Notes under the pieces: generated by a model | The model's input: the letters and a program-made list of their open reading frames with translations, nothing else | Database searches by the model: none | Told to the model about the DNA's origin: nothing | Part shown: piece by piece, positions 8,985 through 17,093 of the stretch | How positions within the stretch are numbered: position 1 is the first letter of the stretch | Layout of the letters: each line of letters begins with the position of its first letter | Made by a program: the position numbers and the translations under genes | Virus record (IMG/VR): IMGVR_UViG_3300020577_002236 | Span: 1 to 51,869 of that record | From: a virus | DNA: 51,869 bases | Strand: one strand, 5' to 3'

Positions 8985-10886
8985 CTAATTGTTGTTCTGA
9001 GCCTCTAATTGTTTATTGAACTGCGCAACGGCTCTTTGTAGCACAGTAAAATCTCTACCTCTTGATGGATTTGGAAGTTGATTGGAATCACCTTCTTTCG
9101 CCCAGACACGAACGTCGAAATCTGTGACTGGTTTAGGAGGTTCAGCCACTGTGAATGGAACTTTATGCGTCTCTTGGACTTCGACATATGTTGACTTGTA
9201 GTTCCAGAAACATAAGTTGAAAGCGTCAGCTCTATCTGGAGATGGGTAACCTTTAGACTTCTGCTCCAGCTTAGTTAACATTTGGTGAACTCGCCCATCT
9301 ACAATTTTGTAGTAGCGAGTAGTTAACTGTTTAGTCTGGACATCATCTCTCAGCGGTATGATTTCTTTCCGCTCAAACAGAATCCGAGTATGAAACCAGA
9401 CTTCACTGTTCCTGTTCTTGTAAACTTTAGGCTGATAAGCCTTCTGCCTATTATCTACAAAGCGAATATTGTGCCAACCCATCTTCTTCAACCGATTCAA
9501 CATAGGCTTACCTAAGCCACCTACGTCAGCAAATATGAGTGCATCCGGGTGGTCTAAGTTATTTTCTCGGAATTTCTCATCTAGGAAATCAATCGTATCC
9601 TCAGTGTTATCGAAGCGAAATGGAATCATCTTCAACTGTTTATTGCCGTTCCGAATGCACAGTGAGGTCTCATCACCACCATCAGACAAGTCTAATCCAG
9701 CTGTATTGTGAGGTTCTGGGATATAGTTAGCTGGACTATTTAGTGCTTGCCAGATATAGGTATAGGGAATAACTACCATCTCATCTGTAGTCCCAAACTC
9801 AGCTAACACCTGAGACTTATAAGCCGCTCCGTTTTCCCCACCCGGCAAGTCTCGTTTGCACTGCTCGATGTAATTACGTGATAGATGAGAACACTGAAAC
9901 GCAGTGATATGATACTGTATGTAATCAATCGGGTTAATATCATAGACATCCTTGAATGTTTCCCTTCGAACTGACATGTTGCAGTAATCGAAGAAGTGAC
10001 CTAGAGGTAAACCGGGCGTGCTGACGTGTACGCGGTGAGTGTAACCTGTGCACTTATTGATAGCTACATTGATCGTGTCAGGGATAGATTTAGCTTCTGA
10101 CATGAAGATAGCCATCTTCTTCCCATTTCCTAGAGGATGGTAACCTTCCGCTTTTCCAGGTTCATCAGTAGCGAATAGCTTCATCGGTGACTGAGTTTCT
10201 AGACACTCATAGTACCGATAATTGAGCTTCCAGACATTAGGATGAATCTTCCGGTTAGCTGCTAGACAGAGTTGGTAGATATATGCGTCAGTTTGGTTGT
10301 CTAGCTGGTCACCTGATGCACTAGTTATCACGCACCGAGACATGCAGTAACGCATGCAGAGCCACACTGCACATGGAGCTATCACGTACTTATCTTTCCC
10401 AGAACCATTGCAAGCCCGAACTAATGCTTGGAACGGGAACTCATCCGTAATCCCACCCTTAGCGAAGTCCATCATAATCTGGATTTGCCAAGGATGCAAA
10501 TCTACACCACCATTCTTCTTCCCCTTTGCTACGTCATCATCCAGGAACAGTAGGAGTTCAAATGGGTCTTCAAAGTCAAAACCATCAGGTTTCAGAATCT
10601 TAGTTACATCGGGGCGGAAGTTTCTGAACTTCTGTTCACCATCATTGTCCGCCTTTACTTTCTCTTCTTCGCTAAGAGGTGGTTGCTTAATCTCAATAAT
10701 CTGAGGTGGCGCAATGGTCTGTATGGCAGCAGGCTCTACTGTTGGGCAAGGGACTGAATCAACATCTTCGGGAGAGGGGAGGGGTTTAGGTTCTTCAACC
10801 AGACTACTCGACAGTTCTTTAGCAATCTCATCTGGAGATTTGCCTGAACTATTTATGAGATGTTCTAGTCGAGATAGGTCGCTCAT
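8985..10886 (-). CDS. terL: Terminase large subunit
   Basis: 633 aa. It has 'LHPWQIQIM', a Walker-A-like 'ACNGSGKDK', a Walker-B-like 'KKMAIFMSEA' and a C-terminal nuclease-like half. A Pro-rich N-terminal extension of about 100 aa is present. Confidence 0.75.
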   Translation of the reverse strand: MSDLSRLEHLINSSGKSPDEIAKELSSSLVEEPKPLPSPEDVDSVPCPTVEPAAIQTIAPPQIIEIKQPPLSEEEKVKADNDGEQKFRNFRPDVTKILKPDGFDFEDPFELLLFLDDDVAKGKKNGGVDLHPWQIQIMMDFAKGGITDEFPFQALVRACNGSGKDKYVIAPCAVWLCMRYCMSRCVITSASGDQLDNQTDAYIYQLCLAANRKIHPNVWKLNYRYYECLETQSPMKLFATDEPGKAEGYHPLGNGKKMAIFMSEAKSIPDTINVAINKCTGYTHRVHVSTPGLPLGHFFDYCNMSVRRETFKDVYDINPIDYIQYHITAFQCSHLSRNYIEQCKRDLPGGENGAAYKSQVLAEFGTTDEMVVIPYTYIWQALNSPANYIPEPHNTAGLDLSDGGDETSLCIRNGNKQLKMIPFRFDNTEDTIDFLDEKFRENNLDHPDALIFADVGGLGKPMLNRLKKMGWHNIRFVDNRQKAYQPKVYKNRNSEVWFHTRILFERKEIIPLRDDVQTKQLTTRYYKIVDGRVHQMLTKLEQKSKGYPSPDRADAFNLCFWNYKSTYVEVQETHKVPFTVAEPPKPVTDFDVRVWAKEGDSNQLPNPSRGRDFTVLQRAVAQFNKQLEAQNNN

Positions 10887-11098
10887 TCGTCATTCCTAGC
10901 ATCGTTACGAACATATTCATGTTGACGTTCTAGCCACTCTGTGACTTGTCCAACTTGACTATAGAAGTTACCTTTACCAGAAGTGTAAGCTTTAGACAAA
11001 TCGTTATCATGAGTTACTACGAAGATGCGAACAGAATCACAATGTTCTGATAAATCTTGTGCTGCTTTATCAACTAAACGTTGTAATTCTTCACTCAT
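10883..11098 (-). CDS. Hypothetical protein (71 aa)
   Basis: ORF with 4-nt overlaps to both neighbours, consistent with translational coupling. Confidence 0.5.
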   Translation of the reverse strand: MSEELQRLVDKAAQDLSEHCDSVRIFVVTHDNDLSKAYTSGKGNFYSQVGQVTEWLERQHEYVRNDARNDE

Positions 11099-11547
11099 GA
11101 AGGTTGTGCTATTCCACCAATTTCAGTGATGATTCGGGATTTAGCTTCTCTCATCTGTTTAATGGACTCATTGAACGAAAAGATGTTGAACTGATTACCC
11201 ATCTGCTTCACCGGGTTTTTCCGCCCTTTCTTGTCGTCCCGAATGTAAGTAGCTGCTGCTAACCTTGTGCGGTAGTCAGGTGTCCCGTCACTTAGAGTAG
11301 CTTCTTTAGCACACTCCTTAATGATCTGATTAACATCTCTGAGTTCTTCATCCGTGAAATCAAGTTCCCGGGATTCATCATTGTCAACCGAGGTGACACC
11401 GATATCCTTACGATACTTCGCAGATGCACTCATCAGAGCAGCTTTCACAGCTGTAACAGTAAGTCCATCTTGCGCCTCAGAGATTTGCTCAGGAGTTAAC
11501 CCTAGAATTTCATAGGCGGTTTTGATTGTGTCAACTTGGCAGGACAT
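11095..11547 (-). CDS. Putative terminase small subunit / first gene of the packaging operon
   Basis: Start adjusted to ATG 11547 (MSCQVDTIKTAYEILG...), because the ORF-track start 11586 is a GTG. It lies directly upstream of terL. The function is positional only. Confidence 0.4.
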   Translation of the reverse strand: MSCQVDTIKTAYEILGLTPEQISEAQDGLTVTAVKAALMSASAKYRKDIGVTSVDNDESRELDFTDEELRDVNQIIKECAKEATLSDGTPDYRTRLAAATYIRDDKKGRKNPVKQMGNQFNIFSFNESIKQMREAKSRIITEIGGIAQPS

Positions 11548-11695
11548 AAGTCTGAACGTTATCGTTGGTCCTAGTGTCAGTAACACTAAGCAACCAGTAC
11601 TCTTTCGGGATGAAGGAGATAACTTGTATCATATAAGGAAGTGTCTCCCCGAACCTTCCACCAATGTAATATTTCTTTAACATACCATAGAGGTA

Positions 11696-11711
11696 AGCAT
11701 CTTCTGTGCCA
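11696..11711 (-). promoter_or_regulatory. sigma54-type -24/-12 promoter candidate (TGGCACAGAAGATGCT)
   Basis: The minus-strand sequence TGGCAC-N5-ATGCT has the GG and GC doublets at canonical spacing. It is intergenic, about 150 nt upstream of the first leftward gene. Confidence 0.6.
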
Positions 11712-11872
11712 CCTACTTACTAACTATTCACTTCTCTAATCTCCGCAACAGTTATATCATGAACTTCAAATTGTGGGAAATTGCCATTTTGGGAGATAGG
11801 TACTGTTCCGTTCCTTCAACTCTTTTCTGGGGGACTGCCCCTGTGGTCATTAGTTTGTGTGATGCTGCTGCA

Positions 11873-11892
11873 TTAGGTATTAGAATACCTAA
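11873..11892. promoter_or_regulatory. Perfect 9-2-9 palindrome TTAGGTATT-AG-AATACCTAA (operator-like)
   Basis: Read directly in the divergent control region. The symmetry fits a dimeric DNA-binding protein site. Confidence 0.4.
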
Positions 11893-12039
11893 CTAGTTTA
11901 GAGAACATTAGCGAAGTATCTCAATAGACTTGCTAGAGTAGCTGGCATAATTCTTGTTGCTCCGAGTAGCAGCATAGTGATATAACTAATCACCCTGCTA
12001 CTATATAAACTGGAGTTATATCTACTAGGCAAAAATTTC

Positions 12040-12180
12040 CTATTTCGGAAAGTTTATCAAGTTATATATAGCTATATAACCTTATACACTCTTATACACT
12101 ATTATATAATATTATATATTATATATCTATAAGATATATTTACATATAATATATAACACCAAGTTATATTAGAGTTGATA
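12040..12180. repeat. AT-rich repeat cluster (TATATA-type motifs; CTTATACACT x2 at 12081-12100)
   Basis: The block gttatatatagctatataaccttatacactcttatacactattatataatattatatattatatatc... lies between the two divergent arms. It is a candidate origin or early-promoter region. Confidence 0.5.
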
Positions 12181-12251
12181 ATGGCACGATAGGGAAGGGG
12201 AGCACTATTAGTTGTGCTGATAGAGCCTATACGGGTAGTTCTTTGAAAGCC

Positions 12252-12346
12252 GATTCAGTGGTGTAGTGGTAGAATTTCCCAGTCAGCGGGCACGAGATGC
12301 CTGTGAACCATTAAGGGACTGGGGGAAAGGTGAGTCCACTAGAATC
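12252..12346 (+). ncRNA. Structured RNA element candidate closed by a 10-bp helix
   Basis: GATTCAGTGG (12252-61) pairs with CCACT-A-GAATC (12336-46). Nested inside are TCCCAGTC/GACTGGGG (12277-84/12317-24) and GGGCA/TGCCT (12288-12302). The class is unknown. Confidence 0.3.
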
Positions 12347-12644
12347 CTGACTTGTGTCTTGCGAACAAGTAGCACACAAGCTGCGTCCGAATTAGTTGTG
12401 ATTTAAGAAGTCTCTAGGGAATTAACCCTAGCTTACGAGTTGCGAACTGTTTAGTCCCTCGTAATGAAGTTATGTTACCTTGCAAAGTAGCAAACATTCA
12501 CTTGTAGCAACTTAGGGACATGCCGATACACAACACACGTATCATTTGCGAATCCGCCAAGCTAGAATAATGAGCTAGCCACTGGTGAGTAGCAAGGCAC
12601 ACGTCAGGATTCTAAGTAGAGTTCACATGTTAGGAGATACAGTT

Positions 12645-13244
12645 ATGAGCAAAACTACACTCGAATCCCAAGCACCGTCAAATTCTGTCGCTATCTCAAC
12701 TCCAAAAGAGTTGAACTACGTCGCTATCGTGCGGCGTAATGCAAAGCGCAAAGTGGATAATGGCGCACAGTTCTCTAGCGTGAAGGGTAAAACTTCCCTC
12801 TTGAATTGCTGTATTGACGATGTTCGCTCCGAACTTGGCATTGCTAAGTTCAACGAGCAGAATCAACGCAACGCCATCCCGGAGAATGACTTCAAAGAGC
12901 TGAAAATCGCTCTTGAATCGTTCTGGCGCAATGAAGCGAAAGATATTGTGGATATGGCAATCCAGAAAGATGCCAAACTCACTGTGCGCCGGGGTGTTTT
13001 GATGACACGTTTTGGTAAGGAGGACAAATTGGTCCGGTCCAAAACTGATACAATCAAAGCGGTCCACATTGCAGAAGCTAAGGAGCATCGCCTTTGCGAC
13101 ATGTTCGGATTGTCCGCTTTGCAAGCGAAGCTGGACAACATGTCTGACAATCCCGGAAAATATGACCGGGAACAATTCGCCACTGTGAAGCGGCAAATTG
13201 AGATTCTGGAACGTGAGATTGACGGTAGCAAGGCTAGTGAATAG
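12645..13244 (+). CDS. Hypothetical early protein (199 aa)
   Basis: Start adjusted to ATG 12645, which is preceded by AGGAGA 8 nt upstream, the only clear Shine-Dalgarno sequence in the genome. It is followed by a terminator hairpin. Confidence 0.65.
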   Translation: MSKTTLESQAPSNSVAISTPKELNYVAIVRRNAKRKVDNGAQFSSVKGKTSLLNCCIDDVRSELGIAKFNEQNQRNAIPENDFKELKIALESFWRNEAKDIVDMAIQKDAKLTVRRGVLMTRFGKEDKLVRSKTDTIKAVHIAEAKEHRLCDMFGLSALQAKLDNMSDNPGKYDREQFATVKRQIEILEREIDGSKASE

Positions 13245-13253
13245 TCAAAGCAC

Positions 13254-13297
13254 GAACACAGTAGCAAGCTGAATAAGCACTACTGTGTTCCTCTTTG
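13254..13297 (+). terminator. Intrinsic-terminator-like hairpin
   Basis: GAACACAGTAG (13254-64) pairs with CTACTGTGTTC (13280-90) for an 11-bp stem, followed by CTCTTTGCC. Confidence 0.6.
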
Positions 13298-13776
13298 CCT
13301 ATATTCTAGAACACAAAGCTAAAGTTAGGTAGGCACAAATAACAGAACAGCACAAGTAATCGATTCTAAGCGAACTCCGACAGGATGATTCATTAGAACA
13401 ACTCGTGCATATTCTAATAGGATGGCGATAAACCGATCAGCAGCACATTAAATCGGTTGTGACTATCGCTAGGAAACTAGACTATCCCTAAGATGCGGAC
13501 GGGTTCAATAGTCTGGTCACACTGAGTAACAGCCTTTGAAACGGGCATCTATACCGTTGTAGCGCTTGCCTCAGCATCACCTAGCTATCACGTAAAATTT
13601 CAAGTAATGTCCCGGGAAGTAGTCAGCTAGATTGTGCAATAGCACAGTGACAAATCACGCTGGGGAAGTAATCATCGGGACAGTAACACACTTGATTGAA
13701 AACACTGCCATGTCAGGGCAGTAGTTCAAGGTTAACTAGGAGATTACCTCCTGACCTATCTTACTACTGTCCTGAC

Positions 13777-13792
13777 TGGCATCTTTAATGCT
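13777..13792 (+). promoter_or_regulatory. sigma54-type -24/-12 promoter candidate (TGGCATCTTTAATGCT)
   Basis: Exact TGGCAY-N5-hTGCT match. It is intergenic, about 105 nt upstream of ORF 13898. Confidence 0.6.
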
Positions 13793-13897
13793 AACAAGCT
13801 ATGACTAGCGAGCGAAGCGAGCTTAGTATGTTAGAATAGCGAGAGCACTAATAACAACGATGGTGACAGTAAACAATTTCACGGTTAATAATTTCCT

Positions 13898-14092
13898 ATG
13901 ACAATAAACTCACCATTCAAAGTAGATTGGAACAATCGAGAAGATGTTATAGCTTACGCTAAATCATTAAGGCACAATCAAGTTGTATTTAAACACCCTG
14001 AGCGTACTAACTACAACATAACTCATGCAGATAGATTCTTTACACCTAACTCTAAATATTCTATAAGTTGGTTAGTGTTTAGAACAGAATAA
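13898..14092 (+). CDS. Hypothetical protein (64 aa)
   Basis: First ORF after the 13777 promoter motif. Confidence 0.5.
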   Translation: MTINSPFKVDWNNREDVIAYAKSLRHNQVVFKHPERTNYNITHADRFFTPNSKYSISWLVFRTE

Positions 14093-14274
14093 TTCTCGAC
14101 TGCTGAGGTCGAAAGTTGATGTTGTTCATCAATTTCTCCATTCTTTCCTCGCCTGCCAAGGCGAAAAGCCCTAGCTAGAATGTGAGTCTGTTATGTCCAA
14201 AACTTACCGCAAAGTCATCAAACGGAAACGTGACAAGTGACACTAACTTTCGGCGCAGATGTTGTAGCAACCTA

Positions 14275-14292
14275 CAGCGACAGCGACAGCGA
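14275..14292. repeat. Tandem hexamer (CAGCGA)x3
   Basis: Read directly. It is non-coding and lies just upstream of the 14325 terminator. Confidence 0.8.
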
Positions 14293-14324
14293 CAAAATTT
14301 GATTCCTGCGGGAATCTAACACAA

Positions 14325-14375
14325 GAGCAGCTAGAGTTAGCGCTTAGGCGCACAATACTCTAGCTGCTCTTTTTG
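14325..14375 (+). terminator. Rho-independent terminator
   Basis: GAGCAGCTAGAG (14325-36) pairs with CTCTAGCTGCTC (14358-69) for a 12-bp stem, followed by TTTTTG. Confidence 0.75.
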
Positions 14376-14390
14376 TGCCCATATCGCGCA

Positions 14391-14600
14391 ATGAAATCCA
14401 TAGGCAAAGTTCTATTCGTTACAGCACATGCTAAGACAGGCAAACAGCATGTCTTTCTATTCAATTTCGCAGACGCTAAAGTGTCGCGCCCAGATTTCGT
14501 GCTGCTCTGTTTAGTTCGCTGCATAGAATGTGATTGCATCACACCGGGCATCAACAATTTCCTCAACGACATATACGCCAACTACCATAAATCATCATGA
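14391..14600 (+). CDS. Hypothetical small Cys-containing protein (69 aa)
   Basis: Start adjusted to ATG 14391 (MKSIGKVLFV...). It has a 4-nt overlap with the next ORF. Confidence 0.5.
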   Translation: MKSIGKVLFVTAHAKTGKQHVFLFNFADAKVSRPDFVLLCLVRCIECDCITPGINNFLNDIYANYHKSS

Positions 14601-14809
14601 AATACTTCGAACCTCGCGGCAATCCAGCACCGCGCAGCGTAGCTAAAGACTACCGCAAACTGCGCAGAGGCACACTGTTGCGCAAAACAGATAAAGTATA
14701 TATATCATGGCTACACGAACTCTACTGCACAGCATACGCGGGTGAACGCGTATGTGCAATCGGCGCTACTGCCGGCCACTATTACAGGCGCAAAAGCGCT
14801 GAGCGCTAA
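14597..14809 (+). CDS. Hypothetical basic protein (70 aa)
   Basis: ORF coupled to the upstream ORF by an ATGA overlap. Confidence 0.5.
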   Translation: MKYFEPRGNPAPRSVAKDYRKLRRGTLLRKTDKVYISWLHELYCTAYAGERVCAIGATAGHYYRRKSAER

Positions 14810-14840
14810 TTCGGCGACGAACCTACTCCATACGTATCAT

Positions 14841-14957
14841 ATGCCCAAACTAATTAATAGCACAACACGACAAGAAATCAAACCCGGTGACGAAGTATTC
14901 ACGTTCCGAGGCGAGAAAGCAACATTGTTCGTTTATCTCCCGCTTGCTCACATTTAG
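14841..14957 (+). CDS. Hypothetical small protein (38 aa)
   Basis: An internal ATG of track ORF 14742..14957 avoids overlap with 14597..14809. The call is weak. Confidence 0.3.
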   Translation: MPKLINSTTRQEIKPGDEVFTFRGEKATLFVYLPLAHI

Positions 14958-14972
14958 TTACTAAAATCTGAA

Positions 14973-14988
14973 CGGCACAAAACTTGCT
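14973..14988 (+). promoter_or_regulatory. sigma54-type -24/-12 promoter candidate (CGGCACAAAACTTGCT)
   Basis: GGCAC-N5-TTGCT has canonical spacing and a textbook -12 TTGC. Only the first T is replaced by C. It is intergenic, 30 nt upstream of ATG 15018. Confidence 0.55.
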
Positions 14989-15017
14989 ACTAAGTAGCTA
15001 AACCAGAGACTCCCTCT

Positions 15018-15182
15018 ATGACAACTGTAACAGCACTAACTATTGTCGGCCTTCTAACATTTCTTCTGCTCTGCATATTCGCTCAACGTGCAGGCAAGAA
15101 ATGTCCCACATGTGACACGCGCCAAGACAAGAATGGTGATTGCCGCAATGGATGTAGACACAGAGAAGATATCAATTACTAA
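15018..15182 (+). CDS. Small membrane protein with Cys-rich tail (54 aa)
   Basis: MTTVTALTIVGLLTFLLLCIFAQRAGKKCPTCDTRQDKNGDCRNGCRHREDINY. It is below the track cutoff and has one TM segment plus CxxC...C...C. Confidence 0.4.
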   Translation: MTTVTALTIVGLLTFLLLCIFAQRAGKKCPTCDTRQDKNGDCRNGCRHREDINY

Positions 15183-15192
15183 CAAACCAAAA

Positions 15193-15522
15193 ATGAAAAC
15201 TGAACTTCAACTACGGGCTTTGTGCGAATTAGACGGTGTTCCAGAACCACATACCCCCTCAAGTGACGAGATTAAGAGCGGCTCTTACTATCAATTTGAG
15301 CCTGCTTATTTAACTAGCTACGACGCCATCATTCCGCTGATACAGAAGCAGTCACACTTAATGCAAACACAGTTGATTGATTTTCTATGCGAGCAAGCAA
15401 TAGAAGAATACGATGGCAGCGATTACGTAAAACAATCTGACTTACCGTTATTGTTATTCAAACAATCTCCCGCTCAACTAAGTGAAGCACTCCTTCGCGC
15501 AACCAATAGGTGGACAGAATGA
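15193..15522 (+). CDS. Hypothetical protein (109 aa)
   Basis: Start adjusted to ATG 15193 (MKTELQLRALCELDG...). The track version starting at 15088 overlaps the small TM ORF. Confidence 0.55.
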   Translation: MKTELQLRALCELDGVPEPHTPSSDEIKSGSYYQFEPAYLTSYDAIIPLIQKQSHLMQTQLIDFLCEQAIEEYDGSDYVKQSDLPLLLFKQSPAQLSEALLRATNRWTE

Positions 15523-15791
15523 AAACAGCAGAAGAGTGGATTAAAGATACACGGGACTATTCTAAGTTAGATATTCCACTGTGTGAGGATTTGTCACCCA
15601 ACCTAGTAAGGCAAATCCAACTCGACGCCATGAAAGAAGGTATGCGGAGGGCGGCTAAAATAGCAGAAGGAGAAACATTTGCAGTTGGTGGTATTCGCAC
15701 TGATTTGGAAGTTGCTTACGACCAAGGCTGTAATGACTGTGAGAAAGCCATCCTCACCGCAGCCGAACAACTAACAGAGAAGGATTTGTGA
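15519..15791 (+). CDS. Hypothetical protein (90 aa)
   Basis: ATG 15519 overlaps the upstream stop (ATGA). Confidence 0.55.
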   Translation: MKTAEEWIKDTRDYSKLDIPLCEDLSPNLVRQIQLDAMKEGMRRAAKIAEGETFAVGGIRTDLEVAYDQGCNDCEKAILTAAEQLTEKDL

Positions 15792-15988
15792 AACTTTGCG
15801 TTATCTGTGGTGCTTCGGTAAAAAATCATAACCCAAAAACTACAACTTGCCAACCACTTTGCACTCGTGCTAAACATAATAAACGTTCACATCAAGAACA
15901 AGTAGCTTACGAACTGGCTCATCCTGATTTTGATTTTGATACGCCGATCAATGCAAATAACTGGGATGAGCCAGTTGAATCTTTATGA
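15788..15988 (+). CDS. Small zinc-ribbon-like protein (66 aa)
   Basis: It has a GTG start and two Cys pairs (CVIC...C...C). Confidence 0.45.
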   Translation: MKLCVICGASVKNHNPKTTTCQPLCTRAKHNKRSHQEQVAYELAHPDFDFDTPINANNWDEPVESL

Positions 15989-16028
15989 CAACTAATATCC
16001 TCATCGCAACCATAACCGCATAACTAAT

Positions 16029-16433
16029 ATGGGAATGTATACTGAACTTGTTTTAGGTTGTTCAATTAAAAACAATCCAGAAATAATCACAGCAATTCAC
16101 TGGTTGCTGGACAATAGCAAGAATAAAACTAATTGTCCTTCTATCTTGCCACAAGGTGGACGTATAGACTGGATGTTTAACTCTAGTGGTAGCTGTTATT
16201 TCGGCGGACCATCGGGCATACATCATTTTAAATACGACACGATCAGTGACTGCTATCGTTTTTCTGCCCGTTTTAATATCAAAAATTACGATGAAGAAAT
16301 TCAAAAATTTCTTGAATGGTTGCGACCGTTCATTGACCAAGGTTCAGGTAGTCGCGGATGGTATGCAGCCGTAACTTACGAAGAAGCTGATGAGCCAACA
16401 CTATTTTATCTTGACGCCAAAGATGATAACTAA
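16029..16433 (+). CDS. Hypothetical protein (134 aa)
   Basis: Intact ORF with no recognisable motif. Confidence 0.55.
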   Translation: MGMYTELVLGCSIKNNPEIITAIHWLLDNSKNKTNCPSILPQGGRIDWMFNSSGSCYFGGPSGIHHFKYDTISDCYRFSARFNIKNYDEEIQKFLEWLRPFIDQGSGSRGWYAAVTYEEADEPTLFYLDAKDDN

Positions 16434-16728
16434 CATCCTCACTAACATCACATTGACGGCGTATTGTAGCTGCACGGCAATTTGTTGTCCAGCGACATCG
16501 AAAGGACTAACAGCAAATGGAACAAGACCAATCCAAGGAATTACAGTGGCAGCCCCAAGGAGATTGCCATTCAACTCCGACGTTATTTTTAATGGACGAA
16601 CTTACAAGGTCCAAGACCGTCTCGCAAAACACTACGACTCCCGCTTCGACATCTATTTCACCAAGCACTCCGACGCTAAGAAGTTCGGAATCAAAACCAA
16701 TCAAACAGTCCAAGTGATAACTAAATGA
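16423..16728 (+). CDS. 3D-domain (MltA/RlpA-like double-psi beta-barrel) protein, possible cell-wall-active enzyme
   Basis: 'TLTAYCSCTAICC..TSKGLTANGT....GITVAAPRRLPF...V..NGRTY.VQDR......RFDIYF' matches the 3D-domain pattern TAYC.C..C..G.TA.G....G.VA....P.....G..Y.V.DR....R.DIY. Start adjusted to ATG 16423. Confidence 0.65.
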   Translation: MITNILTNITLTAYCSCTAICCPATSKGLTANGTRPIQGITVAAPRRLPFNSDVIFNGRTYKVQDRLAKHYDSRFDIYFTKHSDAKKFGIKTNQTVQVITK

Positions 16729-17093
16729 ACAAGCCAATCTCCCAACTCATGTCCGATATAGCAGCATTTCGGAACATGATTCTGTACTATGAGAACCGCA
16801 TACTACAGAAAGAGATAGCCATACGAGAATTGCTCAACTCTGAGGATGTAGTTAAGGAGAATCCAATTGACACATCACCTCCTCCCGAACTCACAGTGCG
16901 TGATATTGTGATGGCAGTTCTTGCTGAGACATCCGATACGCAAGAATTTACCGCTAAACATTTAACTGCTGAATGTACTCGCCGTTATCCACTATATGCA
17001 GACAAGCTGCGTGATGGTGTGCGTGTGCTACTCTACACGCTAGAACGAGAGAACATTGTAAATAGTTCACCGGCAGGATGGAGAAAACTATAA
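16725..17093 (+). CDS. Hypothetical protein (122 aa), possibly winged-helix
   Basis: Coupled ORF. The C-terminal half has an HTH-like appearance, with no firm motif. Confidence 0.5.
   Translation: MNKPISQLMSDIAAFRNMILYYENRILQKEIAIRELLNSEDVVKENPIDTSPPPELTVRDIVMAVLAETSDTQEFTAKHLTAECTRRYPLYADKLRDGVRVLLYTLERENIVNSSPAGWRKL

Noticed and set aside
9461-9476. Minus-strand TGGCACAATATTCGCT inside terL
   Set aside because: The GG/GC spacing is correct, but the -12 reads TCGCT rather than hTGCT, and it lies deep inside the terminase gene with no downstream gene start nearby. Its level of match is expected once or twice by chance.
12040-12180. CRISPR-like or tandem array in the TATATA-rich block
   Set aside because: The repeats are short, irregular, AT-only and lack uniform repeat-spacer periodicity. 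No cas genes are present.
12182-12197. sigma54 promoter: perfect TGGCACG -24 element just right of the AT-rich region
   Set aside because: The bases at the -12 position are AA, not GC (TGGCACGATAGGGAAG), so the obligatory GG-N10-GC spacing is not met.
12249-12346. Possible tRNA, because GTGTAGTGGTAGAAT resembles a tRNA D-arm
   Set aside because: There is no T-arm or T-loop before the 3' strand of the closing helix, and the element is 95 nt with a rod-like nested-helix fold rather than a cloverleaf.
14668-14682. GGCAC-ACTG-TTGC sigma54-like site
   Set aside because: The spacer is one nt too short (N4 instead of N5), and the site is inside ORF 14597..14809.
15088-15192. Long version of ORF 15088..15522 (144 aa) from the track
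   Set aside because: It starts at a non-ATG codon and overlaps a better-looking 54-codon TM ORF (15018..15182). The internal ATG 15193 gives a non-overlapping arrangement.
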